Assembly: GCA_963749495.1 (NCBI GenBank)
Contig: CAVVMW010000023.1
Location: 640,001 to 704,000 of the forward strand
DNA from: an uncultured bacterium
GTDB lineage: Bacteria; Verrucomicrobiota; Verrucomicrobiia; Limisphaerales; UBA8199
Length of the DNA: 64,000 bases
Direction of reading: 5' to 3'
Under the pieces are notes generated by a model. It searched no databases and was not told the DNA's origin. It saw only the letters and a program-made list of their open reading frames with translations. The position numbers and the translations under genes are program-made. Shown piece by piece: positions 31,146-42,661 of this stretch; the first letter of the stretch is position 1, and every line of letters starts with the position of its first letter.

Positions 31146-33248
31146 ATGACGGCAGTTAGAATCTGGCTGTGGGTTTCAGTGCTCGCGAGTCTTGCGGGGT
31201 GGGGCTTGTCCGCCGCGGGGCAGTTGAATCGCTCCGGTTACGCGGTTGTAATCGTTGCTGCCGTTCTCGGATTCACCGGCACGTTCTCAGGGTGGTGGGG
31301 GCGCGGAGGCCCGCCCAGACGGAGTGCGCGGCCCGGGCGGAAGCCGGTAGCTCGCCGAGCGGCAATCCGCGCCGGCTGGCGGCGGTTGCGGCGGCGGTTC
31401 CGGCGGCCTTTGCCCTTCTGTTTTGCCGCCCTCGCCGCGCTCGTGCTGCTCGAGGGGGTGTTATACCCGCCGACGACCCATACCGCCTTCACGTATCGGA
31501 TTCCACGCGTACTGCACTGGCTGGCCGAAGGGCGGTGGCATTGGATTCACACGGTCAGTCCGCGTATGAACGACCGCGCCTGCGGGATCGAGTGGCTGAG
31601 CGCACCCTTGCTGCTCTTCACTAAATCGGACCGCACCTTGTTCTTGCTCAACTTCGTCCCGTTCCTGCTGCTGCCGGGCCTGATATTCAGCGTGTTCTCG
31701 CGGCTGGGCGTCAGGCCCCGGGTGGCGTGGCATTGGATGTGGCTGGTGCCGACGGGCTATACGTTTCTGCTCCAGGCGGGCAGCGCCGCCAACGATGCGT
31801 TTCCCACCGTGTATGCCCTGGCGGCGGTGGATTTTGGCTGCCGCGCCTGGGTTTCGCGCCGCCCGGGTGAACTCTGGCTTTCGCTGCTCTCGGCCGCGCT
31901 GATGACCGGCGCCAAGGCCAGCAACCTGCCGCTGCTATTACCGTGGGCGATCCTGGTGGCGGCCGGCGTGTGCGGTGGGTGCATGCCAGCGTCGCGTAAC
32001 AAACCCAGAGACTCCTCGGGTCGTCTCCTGCAATCGGCTTTGAGCGGCGAGTCTGTGCCTGCGCCCCCTCTGAAGGGCAGGCTCGCGGCCACGGGCGGGG
32101 TGTTGCTCCTGGCGGCCACGGTCTCATTCCTGCCCACGGCGGCGCTGAACCTGTACTACTGCGGCGAGTGGTCGGGACTGCACCTTGAACGCGCCGGCAT
32201 GGAGATGAAGAACCCGTGGGTGGGTCTCTGGGGGAACGGGTTCCTGCTTCTGCTGCATAACTTGGCGCCGCCCATCCTCCCGGCCGCGGGTTGGTGGAAC
32301 GCCTCCGCTCTGTCGGTCCTGCCACCGGCGCTGGCGCGCCCACTCGAGGCGAATTTCGAGAATGGCTTTCAGCAGGTCAAGGAACTGCCGACGGAAGACT
32401 GGGCCGGGCTGGGTTTCGGCCTGAGCGTGCTCGTACTGGTGTCGGTGCTGGCGGCGACAAGGCGGGGCAGGGGCAGGCAGAGGGTCGAAGGTCGAGGGTC
32501 GAGGGTCGAGGGACCGAAGGCCGGTCCCAGGTCGCTTGGTCCCTGGGTCTCTTGGTCTTTTGGTCTTTTGGTCTCCTGGTCCCTCGTCCGCTGGTGTGTG
32601 ATGGCCGCTGCGTGGGTGGCGTTGGCGGCGTATTGCGTCAAGTCGGGGATGAACGACGGGGCGCGCATCATTTCTCCTTACTACCCTTTGCTGCTGCCCT
32701 TATTGCTGTCGAGCCCGCGGCAATCCGAGATCGTTCGGCGGCGCTGGTGGCGGGTCATGGCGGGGGCGGTGCTGGGCCTGGCCTTCCTGGTTCTGGTGCT
32801 GACCCCGGGCGGGCCTTTGTGGCCGGCCCAAACGGTCTTGTCGAGGGCCCTCGCCAGTCATCCCGGGCAGCGGTTGCTGGCGCGGGGCCTCAATGTGTAT
32901 GAGGTGTACGCCGCTCGTTCCGACCCGCTGGCCAACGTCCGGGCGCTGCTGCCGCCCGGATTGAGGGTGGTCGGGTTTCTGGCCGACGGCAATGATATCG
33001 ACATTTCACTGTGGCGGCCGTATTTCGAGCGGCGGGTGGAACATGTGCTGCTGGCGGAAACAGGTGCGGCCATCCGGCAGCGGCACATTCGCTACCTTGT
33101 GGTGGGGGGGGCGTTTTTGGCCTCGCAGCAGACTGCGCTGGCGGATTGGCAGCGGCGGACGGGGGCGGACCTGGTGGCCAGCACGACCGCCACGTTACTC
33201 GTGACCGAAGGACCGCAGGCCTGGTACGTCCTGCGGCTGCGCGACTGA
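31146..33248 (+). CDS. Multi-pass membrane protein, probable GT-C-fold (ArnT/PMT-like) glycosyltransferase
   Basis: About 12 hydrophobic segments; YRIPRVLHW, AAND and GAKAS motifs; glycosylation gene neighbourhood. Confidence 0.6.
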   Translation: MTAVRIWLWVSVLASLAGWGLSAAGQLNRSGYAVVIVAAVLGFTGTFSGWWGRGGPPRRSARPGRKPVARRAAIRAGWRRLRRRFRRPLPFCFAALAALVLLEGVLYPPTTHTAFTYRIPRVLHWLAEGRWHWIHTVSPRMNDRACGIEWLSAPLLLFTKSDRTLFLLNFVPFLLLPGLIFSVFSRLGVRPRVAWHWMWLVPTGYTFLLQAGSAANDAFPTVYALAAVDFGCRAWVSRRPGELWLSLLSAALMTGAKASNLPLLLPWAILVAAGVCGGCMPASRNKPRDSSGRLLQSALSGESVPAPPLKGRLAATGGVLLLAATVSFLPTAALNLYYCGEWSGLHLERAGMEMKNPWVGLWGNGFLLLLHNLAPPILPAAGWWNASALSVLPPALARPLEANFENGFQQVKELPTEDWAGLGFGLSVLVLVSVLAATRRGRGRQRVEGRGSRVEGPKAGPRSLGPWVSWSFGLLVSWSLVRWCVMAAAWVALAAYCVKSGMNDGARIISPYYPLLLPLLLSSPRQSEIVRRRWWRVMAGAVLGLAFLVLVLTPGGPLWPAQTVLSRALASHPGQRLLARGLNVYEVYAARSDPLANVRALLPPGLRVVGFLADGNDIDISLWRPYFERRVEHVLLAETGAAIRQRHIRYLVVGGAFLASQQTALADWQRRTGADLVASTTATLLVTEGPQAWYVLRLRD
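32481..32584. repeat. In-frame heptamer (AGGGTCG) and octamer (TTGGTCTT-like) repeat insert within the CDS
   Basis: Encodes RVEGRGSRVEG...PWVSWSFGLLVSWSL. Confidence 0.8.
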
Positions 33249-33326
33249 AGGGGCGGGGGAATTTGATTGAGCGGATTACCCGCTTCTGCTATCCATTAGT
33301 CATTGATGACGGATTCGCGGAAGGAT

Positions 33327-33586
33327 ATGGAACGACAACCGACCAACGGTGTGCTTGAGGATTTCCGGATGGATTTCCTGGAATGGTGGCAGCGGCTGCC
33401 GTACCTGGTGGCGTTCCTGGGGCTGTTCCTGGTGGGTCATTGGCTGCGGGAGCGCGCACCGCTGACGCCAATACCACCGGCCACGAAGACGCCATGCCCA
33501 GGCGAAAATGGATGATGCTGGCGGTCGTGTTCGCGATGATGGCCGGCGCGGCGGGGATGCTCGCCCATTTGCGGGCGCACCCTTAG
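33327..33586 (+). pseudogene. Collapsed exosortase (N-terminus fused to C-terminus) plus truncated epsI
   Basis: MERQPTNGVLEDFRMDFLEWWQRLP|YLVAFLGLFLVGHWLRE matches both ends of 24207-25259; MPRRKWMMLAVVFAMMAG...AHLRAHP matches the EpsI start. Confidence 0.88.
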
Positions 33587-33641
33587 CTTGGGCCAGTGAG
33601 TCGATGAATCAGTGGATCCTCCAGTTGCAGAAGCATCACAG

Positions 33642-34775
33642 ATGAATTTGATTCGTTTGTCCCGCAAAGTGGCGTAGGGCTGGCCGTACCTGGTCAAAGA
33701 GTTTCGGGCCGGGGTTTCCAATCGCACCGGTTGTTTCATTGCCCGGCCGCGCGTCGTGCATTTGTGGCGCAATGGCCCATGCAACGGTGGTTGCGTAATA
33801 TGCCACTTGGGTTATTCCAAGGGCAAGCGGCGCGAGGAGCTATTCGACTCGCCCATCAAAGACGAGATGATTCCGGGGTTGCTCCAGCAGATAAAGGAGC
33901 TGGGCGGAGGCGGGACCATGGTCTCCTATATGTGCGGGGAGCCGCTGCTGAACCGGTCGCTGTTGGACTGGGTCGAACAGGCAAAGCGGCTGCGGCTGGA
34001 TTTCCGCTTTACGACCAATGGCTACCATCTGGACCGCGCGATGGCGCAACGATTGGTCGCCGCCGGGCTCTTCAACCTTGGGGTTTCCCTAGAATCGCTC
34101 GACCCGAAGATCAACGAGCAAATCCGGCCCTACAAGAACGCCACCGATAAGGCAGTGGGCGCCATCGGGCTGCTGCTGGAGGAGAAACGCCGCCAGCGCT
34201 CTCCGCTCAGCCTCAACGTCAAGTGTACGCTGACCAACGTGAACCTGGAGTCGGTTTTGGACCTGGCGCAACGGTATGGATGGATGGATGGCGTGATTCT
34301 GACACCGCAGATGTTCGAGGTGATGCGGGACATGCCGCCCGAGACCGCCGACAAACTCTGGATCCGGGACGCCGGCCGAGTCGAGGCGGTCGTGCGCGAA
34401 CTCAAGGCCCTGAAGGCGCGGGGCTATCACATCAATGCCGATGATCGCGCGCTGGACGACTTTGTCCGCCTTTGCCGGCAGGACCCGGGCCATCAGTCCA
34501 CCATGCACGAGCGGAACGCCAGGGACGAGAATCAGCCGGATTGCTTTATCGGGACCGACAACCTGTTCATCACGAATGGCCCGGTTCGGCTCTGCCCGCA
34601 TTTCCCCTCGATCGGGGACGTGGTCAATGAGCGGGCGAGTTTGAAAGAAATGTGGCTGAGCGAGCCCGCCCGCCGCGTGCGCGAACAAATCCGCAAGTGC
34701 CGGACCCTCTGCACCCTGTCCTGCACGCGGCGAATGTCCGTGGCGCACAAGATCCGAACGTTCCTGAAGCTGTGA
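33642..34775 (+). CDS. Radical SAM protein with SPASM/twitch-like tail (in-frame TAG at 33675-33677 after the likely start)
   Basis: CNGGCVIC (CxxxCxxC), GEPLL, TTNG; C-terminal Cys cluster. Confidence 0.82.
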
Positions 34776-34844
34776 AGGCGAAGCCCCTGCAACCGGAGGG
34801 CAGAGCGCCAGGTCTGCTCGCACCTCAAGTCATCCCACTTAGCG

Positions 34845-35827
34845 ATGCGACAGGTTAGATGTAATTTGTGCGGGGCAGACAACTACAGGGTGGTTTTTCC
34901 GCCGGCTGCGCGCAGTTGCACCAAATCGTCCGCTGCCGATGCTGCGGCTTGATGTGTGCCAATCCCCAACAGCACGTGGACTGCGAGGATTTCGCGGCGC
35001 GGCAGCCGGCCGAGGCCTACGACCCGGCGTCGGAATTCAATCGCCAATACTACCAAAAGCAAGTGACCCAGTTGCCGGACAACCTGCGGGCGCTGGCGGT
35101 GCTGGACGCAGTTTTGCCCGGACGCGGCAAGTTGCTGGAGATCGGCAGCTTCCTGGGATTGTTTCTGGACCGTATCCGTGCCGACGGGTGGCAGGTGGCG
35201 GGGCTGGAGCCGTACCGTCCGGCCGCCAACTACGCGCGAGCCAAATATGGGCTGGAAATCATCGAAGGCGCGCTGCCAAACGCGGCCTTGCCGACGGCCC
35301 GCTTCGACGCGGTGATGATGCTGCACGTCATCGAGCACCTGCCCGACCCGGCGGAGGGCCTGCGCGACTTGCGCCGCGTGGTCAAGCCCGGCGGCGTGCT
35401 GGTGGTGGAAACCCCGCGCTTTGATTCGCTGTCGTTCAAGCTGCTGGGCCGGCGCGAGCGCAGCATCCAGAACTGTCCGGGGCACATCTTCTTCTTCACC
35501 GAACAGACCCTCCGGCAAATCCTGGAACATCACGGCTTCAAGGTCTTCCGCGTCGAGCGGGTGGGCCGGACGCTGACGATAGACCGGTTTCTCTACAACC
35601 TCGGCCTGGTGACCCGCTCCGCCCGGGCGCAACGCTGGCTCGCGCGCGCCGCCCGGGCGCTGCACCTGGAAAACATCCGCTTTTACATCAACGTGCGGGA
35701 CATGCAGCGGATGTATGCCAAGGCGGTGCTTGAGAATTCTGTTGCGCGGCAGGGCGCGTTTCCCTACAAGACAACGAATGTCCATCGCAACCAAAGGCAA
35801 CGCATCCCGTGTGAGAGCGCCGTTTGA
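34845..35827 (+). CDS. Class I SAM-dependent methyltransferase with N-terminal Zn ribbon (frameshift near 34898)
   Basis: MRQVRCNLCG in one frame, then CRCCG, LLEIGSFLG, HVIEHLPDP and KPGGVL in the next. Confidence 0.85.
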
Positions 35828-36704
35828 CCTCGTCCAGTTTCTAGCCTCGCGCACCCGGAGAGTCAACCGGGCTCTGGACCATTACCTGCCTGCGGCCACC
35901 ACGCGGCCGGCGACGATCCACCGGGCGATGCGCTACTCGTTGTTTGCCGGCGGCAAACGCATGCGGCCGGCCTTGTGCCTGGCCGCCGCCGCCGCCTGCG
36001 GGGGCCTTGAAGCCGGCGCCATGCCCCTGGCGTGCGCCGTCGAGTGCGTCCACACCTATTCGCTCATCCACGACGACTTGCCCGCGATGGACAACGATGA
36101 TTACCGCCGGGGCAAGCTGACCAACCACAAGGTCTTTGGCGAGGGCATCGCCGTGCTGGCGGGCGATGCGCTGCTGACCCAGGCCTTCGAAGTGGCGGCC
36201 CAATGCCGGCCCCAGCCCCGCTATCCGCATCGGCGGATCATCCTCGAACTGGCCCGCGCGGCTGGCTCCCTCCAGTTGGTCGCCGGCCAGGTGGCCGATC
36301 TCGAGGCCGAGGGCCGCCAAATCTCCGCCCGGCGCCTCCGCTACATCCACGAGCGCAAGACCTCCGCCCTGCTCTGCTGCTCCGTCCGCCTGGGCGGCAT
36401 GAGCGCCAACTGCACCCCCGCCCATCTCCAGGCCCTGACCGATTTCGGCTACCACGTCGGCCTCGCCTTCCAGGTGATCGATGACATCCTCGATGTCACA
36501 CAGACCAGCGAGAAGCTGGGCAAGACTGCCGGAAAAGATTCCAAGGCCAGCAAGGCCACTTACCCCTCAATCGTCGGCCTGGAAAAGTCACGCCAAATCG
36601 CCCAGGACCTGACCGAGCGGGCCTTCGCGGCCCTCAAACCCTTCCACGGCCGCGCCAAGGCGCTTGAAGCCCTCGCACAATACCTCCTCAAGCGGGACAG
36701 ATGA
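35778..36704 (+). CDS. ispA: Polyprenyl synthetase (FPP/GGPP synthase)
   Basis: GGKRMRP, LIHDDLPAMDNDDYRRGK, FQVIDDILD, GKTAGKD. Confidence 0.93.
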   Translation: MSIATKGNASRVRAPFDLVQFLASRTRRVNRALDHYLPAATTRPATIHRAMRYSLFAGGKRMRPALCLAAAAACGGLEAGAMPLACAVECVHTYSLIHDDLPAMDNDDYRRGKLTNHKVFGEGIAVLAGDALLTQAFEVAAQCRPQPRYPHRRIILELARAAGSLQLVAGQVADLEAEGRQISARRLRYIHERKTSALLCCSVRLGGMSANCTPAHLQALTDFGYHVGLAFQVIDDILDVTQTSEKLGKTAGKDSKASKATYPSIVGLEKSRQIAQDLTERAFAALKPFHGRAKALEALAQYLLKRDR

Positions 36705-36912
36705 GCGCGAGGCGCCGAGATTAGACAAGGGTGGGCCGGAATAAACCCCCTCCGCCCAACGTTTCCAAGCGCACAGTCCAGAGATCTGCTTCGTTCAAGG
36801 CCAGCAGCAAGGCGTCTTCGTCCGGGTTTAGTAGATTTGTGCAGACCCGGAGGAACGTCTGCCTGGCCCAACAATATGCCGGACAACGGCACCACCGGGA
36901 AGCCCCTTCGTC

Positions 36913-38889
36913 CTAAGGTTGGCGTGTGCGGTAGTAGCGTGTTGAGTGGTTGCCGGCGTCGGTATCAACGAACCCGGCCAAGCCGTCGGCGCCGGCGAGC
37001 GCTTGGCCAATGTTCACCCAGTTCTGGGCGGACAGGCTCTCGCAGGCCTCGATGTCGTAGGTGACGCCCGGAATGCCGGCCAATCGGATGGTGGCTGTGC
37101 CGGCACCGACGGACACGCTGAGCAGGCGTGGGGCCGTGGAAGCGCTATAAATCGCCAGACTGTGATCCCCTCCCGCGGCGATGGCCGTCACGCCGCTCAA
37201 GCCCGGGGGCGCGGTGCTTTGGCCATTATCATCGTTTCCCCAGCCGGCGACCGTTCCGTCCTGCTTCAGCGCCAGGCTGTGATCCCCTCCCGCCGCGATG
37301 GCCGTCACGCCGCTCAAGCCTCCGGGCACGGTGCTTTGGCCATAGTCATTGTCTCCCCAGGCGACGACCGTCCCGTCCTGCTCCAGCGCCAGACTGTGAT
37401 ACTCTCCCGCCGCGATGGCCATGACGCCGCTCAAGCCCGCGGGCACGGTGCTTTGGCCGTAGAAATTGGCCCCCCAGGCGACGACCGTCCCGTCCTGCTC
37501 CAGTGCCAGACTGTGATCCTCGCCCGCGGCGATGGCCGTCACGCCGCTCAAGCCCGTGGGCACGGTGCTTTTGCCAAACCCATTGTCTCCCCAGGCGACC
37601 ACCGTCCCGTCCTGCTTCAACGCCAGACTGTGATCGTCTCCTGCGGCGATGGCGGCCACGCCGCTCAAGCCAGCGGGCACGGTGCTTTGGCCATAGACAT
37701 TGTATCCCCAGGCGACGACCGTCCCGTCCTGCTTCAACGCCAGACTGTGATATTCCCCCGCCGCGATGGCCGTCACGCCGCTCAAGCCCGCAGGCAGGGT
37801 GCTTTGGCCATACCGATTGTCGCCCCAGGCGGCCACCGTCCCCTCCTGCTTCAACGCCAGACTGTGAGCCGCTCCCGCAACGATGGCCGTCACGGCGCTC
37901 AAGCCCGCGGGCACGGTGCTTTGGCCATAGAAATTGGCCCCCCAGGCGACGACCGTCCCGTCCTGCTTCAACGCCAGACTGTGATACCCTCCCGCCGCGA
38001 GGGCCGTCACGCCGCTCAGGCCTGCGGGCACGGTGCTTTGGCCATAATCACTCGATCCCCAGGCGACCACCGTCCCGTCCTGCTTCAACGCCAGACTGTG
38101 ATACTCTCCCGCGGCGATGGCCGTCACGCCGCTCAAGCCCGCAGGCACGGTGCTTTGGCCATACCGACTGTCTCCCCAGGCGATGACCGTCCCGTCCTGT
38201 TTCAACGCCAGACTGTGATGCCCTCCCGCCGCGATGGCCGTCAGGCTGCTCAGGCCAAATGGCGCGGTGCTTTCCCCATAGAAATTGTCTCCCCAGCCGA
38301 CCACCGTCCCGTCCTGCTTCAGGGCCAGACTGTGATTCCCTCCCGCCGCTATGGCCGCCACGCCGCTCAAGCCAGCGGGCACGGTGCTTTCGCCATAGAA
38401 ATTGTCTCCCCAGGCGACCACCGTCCCATCCTGCTTCAACGCCAGACTGTGATCGTCTCCCGCCGCGATGGCCGCCACGCCGCTCAAGCCCGCGGGCACG
38501 CTGCTTTCGCCATAGAAATTGTCTCCCCAGGCGACGACCGTCCCGTCCTGCTTCAATGCCAGGCTGTGACCCCCTCCCGCCGCGACGGCCGTCACGCCGC
38601 TCACGCCAAGGGGCACGGTGCTTTGAGCCCATCCATTGTCTCCCCAGGCGACGACCGTCCCGTCCTGCTCGAGCGCCAGACTGTGATAGTCTCCCGCTGC
38701 TACGTTCGTAAAGGTGGCGCCAGAGCCACTTAGCGGAAATACCACTTGGTCTCCCCATCCTGTCACCCTCCCCACGGGCGCCGCCTGCGCCGGCAGTGTG
38801 TGAAGCGCCGCGACTGTGGCGAGGATCGCCAGCAACGGCGCTGAGCCCAAACGCGCCAGCCCAGCTTGAACGTTGCAGCCCCTCTCCAT
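36913..38889 (-). CDS. Secreted RCC1/BLIP-II repeat protein with a C-terminal YYR-type domain
   Basis: 14 AGxxHSLA repeats at a 39-aa (117-bp) period; signal-like N-terminus (start uncertain). Confidence 0.9.
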   Translation of the reverse strand: MERGCNVQAGLARLGSAPLLAILATVAALHTLPAQAAPVGRVTGWGDQVVFPLSGSGATFTNVAAGDYHSLALEQDGTVVAWGDNGWAQSTVPLGVSGVTAVAAGGGHSLALKQDGTVVAWGDNFYGESSVPAGLSGVAAIAAGDDHSLALKQDGTVVAWGDNFYGESTVPAGLSGVAAIAAGGNHSLALKQDGTVVGWGDNFYGESTAPFGLSSLTAIAAGGHHSLALKQDGTVIAWGDSRYGQSTVPAGLSGVTAIAAGEYHSLALKQDGTVVAWGSSDYGQSTVPAGLSGVTALAAGGYHSLALKQDGTVVAWGANFYGQSTVPAGLSAVTAIVAGAAHSLALKQEGTVAAWGDNRYGQSTLPAGLSGVTAIAAGEYHSLALKQDGTVVAWGYNVYGQSTVPAGLSGVAAIAAGDDHSLALKQDGTVVAWGDNGFGKSTVPTGLSGVTAIAAGEDHSLALEQDGTVVAWGANFYGQSTVPAGLSGVMAIAAGEYHSLALEQDGTVVAWGDNDYGQSTVPGGLSGVTAIAAGGDHSLALKQDGTVAGWGNDDNGQSTAPPGLSGVTAIAAGGDHSLAIYSASTAPRLLSVSVGAGTATIRLAGIPGVTYDIEACESLSAQNWVNIGQALAGADGLAGFVDTDAGNHSTRYYRTRQP

Positions 38890-39173
38890 CCCCGCAAGCG
38901 GCGCAAGCCCCGCCAGGGCCGGCCCGCTCGGAATCCCCCAGTTCCCCGCGTGGGGCACCGCTGGTGGACCCGCAAACTCCAGGCGCCGACTCACCAACGG
39001 GTCGGCGGTGAGCTCAAATTCGGCCGCAGCTTGACCGGCACGGGCGGGGCTCACGGCGGCTGGAGCATTTGTCCGGCTTGTCCCATCCTCTTTCATATCG
39101 TTGCCGAAAACTCGTGGGTTTCAGATCAGCTTGCCGACAATTCAGACATCGCAGCGACGGCCCGGGGCCGCCA

Positions 39174-42100
39174 CTACCACGTGTTCGCCGGGTCGCCAGT
39201 GCGCTTGGTTCCGCAACGGAACATCGGCCAAGCCGTGCTGCCGGGGCCCACGTCGTTCCAAAGGGCGTAGAGTTTTCCGTTTTCCGAGCCAACATACAGT
39301 ACTTTATTACCACCAATGGCCGGGGAAGAAAAGACACCGCCCCCGGTGTAGTACGGCCATAGGCCGGGTTTGTACAGAGTTCCGTTCGGATTCAGGGCGT
39401 AAATCTTGCCGTCCATCGAGCCGAAGTAAATTGTCCCGTCCGCCGAAATGGCCGGCGAGCCGTCAACCTCCCAACCCGTGGTGTAGGGCCAGCCGGGTTT
39501 CAACGCGCCGGCCGAGGTCAGGGCGTAGAGGTTGTGGTTCTGGGAGCCCACGTAAACCGTTCCGTCCGGCCCAAGAGCGGCAGAGGATTCGATGGCCGCG
39601 CCCGTATTGTACTGCCATTTGAGGCTTCCGTTGGTCAGGGCGTAGATTTTTCCGTCGAAGGACCCGACATAAACGGTCCCGTTGCTCGCGATGGTGGGCG
39701 AGGCATAGACGTAGCCGCCCGTGGTGAAAGGCCATGGGGACTTGTCGGTACCGTTGGCGGGATTCAGTCCGTACACCTTGCCGTCCATCCCGCCGATGTA
39801 CACGCTGCCGTCGGGGCCAACGGCTGGCGACGAGTAGACCGTGTTGCCCGTGGTCCTGGACCATTTCAACGTGCCCGACGGGTTTAGCGCATAGACTTTC
39901 TGATCGTCTATCGTCGCGAAATAGATGGTGCCGTCCGTTGCGATGGCGGGGGAGGCGAAGATTTCGCCCCCTGTTTGGTACCCCCACTTGTACGTGCCGT
40001 TCGTGTTGATGGCGTAGAGCCAGGTGTCATAACAGCCCACGTAGATTGTCCCATCCGGCCCGATGGCCGGTGTGGAGTAGAAGCTCCAGGTCCCGTACTG
40101 TCCCGGGTAGCTCCACTTCAACGTGCCGTTGGTATTGATCGCATAGAGCTTGTTGTCCGGGTTGACGGAACCGACGTAGATGGTGCCGTCCGGCCCGATG
40201 GCCGGCGAGGAGTAAATGGCGCCTGGGGCCTGAAATGACCACTCAAGCCACTCAACGTAGCCCGGGGCCAGGTCGTTCGTCTCATGCACGCCTGGACCTA
40301 CGGGCCCGAACGAATTCTGTACGACAGGGGGTTCGGTCGCGCTCCACCCCATCCCCCGCTTGGCGAAGGCGTTCCACAGGTCCTGGGCGCACGAGCCGTT
40401 GTTGTCCACAAAATCCGCCTGCAAGAGCGCATCCCGGGCTTGAAGGAAGCTCGGATTCGGCGGGGCAAGCGTCATTCCCTCCATTACGGTCCAAAGCACC
40501 ATGTCGTTGCCAGGGTTCCACCCAAAGTTGGTGATCACATTCGCGCGCGCGTCCCACAGGGTCACGCACCATACCTCACCCAAGGTGCGAGCCACGTAGG
40601 CGTTGTTCACGAGCTCCGTACTCGGATTGCCAGGGACTCCCGGGTGGCCACTGAACGTGGAGGGAGAGATGTCCGCAAAGGTGCGGGGCTCTTGTTCGTG
40701 TCGGTGCAGTAGGGATAGTAGCGACATCCGTAGTAATAGTTCGCCCTTTCGCTGCCCCACAAATAGCTGCCGTAAGCCGCGAAGGGGTAACAACCGTTTA
40801 CGTCGTTGGTTGGTTGGCTAAGGAGCGACAGCGCGTAAAAGTCGGCCCATCCCTCATCCAGACCCCCGGACTCGAAATAGGTTAAGGGATTCGAGTTGTT
40901 TGTCGTCCACCCGCCCCCAGCGAGCCTTGCGTTCAATCCGTGCGTATATTCGTGGAGAATGGTCTGTGTGTCCAAGTCGTCGTCCCTGTTAGGGGTCGGC
41001 CCGTTGTCCACGCACAGCTCCAGCCAGCCGCTCGTCCCGTCCGGAGATTGAACGAAAGAGGAGTTATAGTAGTTGCCGTTGTCCGCGCCGAATTGGGCGA
41101 ACACGAGGACCGGATCGTTGGGGGCGCCGCGCCCGCTGAAGTTGGTCTGCTGGAAATTTCCGGCGGCTTCGGTGAAGCCGAGCTGGTAGAGCCTGTCGTG
41201 CATCCAGTTGCACCAATAGAACGCGTTCACGACGCTCGCGTTTGTGTAGGTGATTGGGTCGTTGGTCAGGCCGACGGTGAAGCCGAACCACCTGTTCGTA
41301 GAGGCATGCACGTAATTGGTGCATGGCCACGTGCCACCGCGGTTCAATGAGGCAAGGACGTTGTTCCCAGCCGTGTAATTGGTGCCGTCATTGATCCAGC
41401 CGTTTGGTGAGGCGTTCGTGTCGAAGGCGCTCAGGGTCACCCATTGTTGCGTGACCGTGGTCGGCTGATTGGTGTTCGGCGTCGTCCAGCCCGGCATCTT
41501 GGGCGTCGGACTATCGTTCGTATAGACAAGGTAACTGGCGTTGCTGATCCCTTTTGTCAGGTTGTGGCGAACGAGCGCCTCGCCCGAGGATGCATCCACG
41601 ACTGTTTCAAAGGCCTCCCAAGTCCCGCGGGGGTGGAGCCGGACGAGCCAGCAGAGGCGGACCGAGGAGCGGCTCATGGGCAGCCAGACCAGGGCGGCCT
41701 GCGCCTGGCCCATGAGGGCCGCCGAGGCGAGAATCTGCGCCTTGTCGGGCTCCGTTGAGGCAGGGGCCGCGAGCTCGATCTGGTCCGGAGTGACATTCTC
41801 CCCAACGTCGGCCAGGGCTGAAATCAACGCGTCCACCGCGGAAATCGGTGGGGCGAGCTCGAGCTGCGTCCGGGCGGCGGCGTCCAGGCCGGAGGCGTGC
41901 TCGATCTCCGGAAGGAAGCCGCTGGAGATGTTCACCAATTCGCCGCTTCTGGTGATGTGCCCGACGAGCACGCCGTCGAAGACCGGAATGCCGTCCAATT
42001 GCTGCTGCCAGACGACCGTTCGCATCCCGCTCCTGTCGCCGGCGAATTCGCGGGCGATGGTCGCATTGGTCAGCACCTCCGGCCCGTGGCCGAACAAGGC

Positions 42101-42482
42101 GGCGTTGTCCGCGAGGAACTCTTTGACAGGCCCGTAGGGGTCGCTGGGAGCCGCCGGGGCGGGCGTTTGGGCCGTCCTCGGATGATAAATTTCATCCCCG
42201 GCGGCCGGCCCAGTCAGGAAGCCCGAACGGCAACGCGATCCAACTCGGTGCGGCGGTGACTGGATCGTAATCTACCCGTGCATAGGGCACCCTTGCAACG
42301 AGCAGGCTCTCCGCCGCTTTTCGTTCCGGGGCAACCTGGACGGGCACTGCCCCATCCAGCCGCTTGTCCATACTGGGCGTGGGCGCCCCTTCCGCAGGCG
42401 CGGGTGCCAATGCCTGTTGAATTGTGCCAACCAGCGCCAATAGAATGGCTCTGGACGAGATTATCGTCCCCCTGGATTTCAT
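39174..42482 (-). CDS. M36 (fungalysin) metallopeptidase with propeptide and C-terminal PQQ-like propeller repeats (frameshifts near 40686 and 42222)
   Basis: LYQLGFTEAAGNFQ, HEYTHG, EGWAD, GEVW, AFAKRGMG; SSPAIGPDGTIYVGS repeats. Confidence 0.88.
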
Positions 42483-42661
42483 GGTCTTGCTAACTTTGAT
42501 TGTCTGCGTCATCCGCTTCAAGTGGCGGGATCCCGCCCCGCCGCCAGCGGTTTCGCAAACGAGCCTCTCAGAAATTTGTTTTCCGCGGAAGTCGCCTGTT
42601 CAGGTTAAGCTGTTCAGCCTACACCGGGGCTGCCGTTTGCCGGACTGGCCTTGCCGGAGAA

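Noticed and set aside
33675..33677. Amber recoding (pyrrolysine or alternative code)
   Set aside because: TAG is the normal stop of pilM, the Amuc_1100-like gene, the wcaJ-like gene and others here, and no pyl genes are seen.
37150..38770. 117-bp periodic repeats as a CRISPR array or DGR
   Set aside because: They are in-frame coding RCC1 blades with no unique spacers, and no cas or reverse transcriptase gene is in the window.
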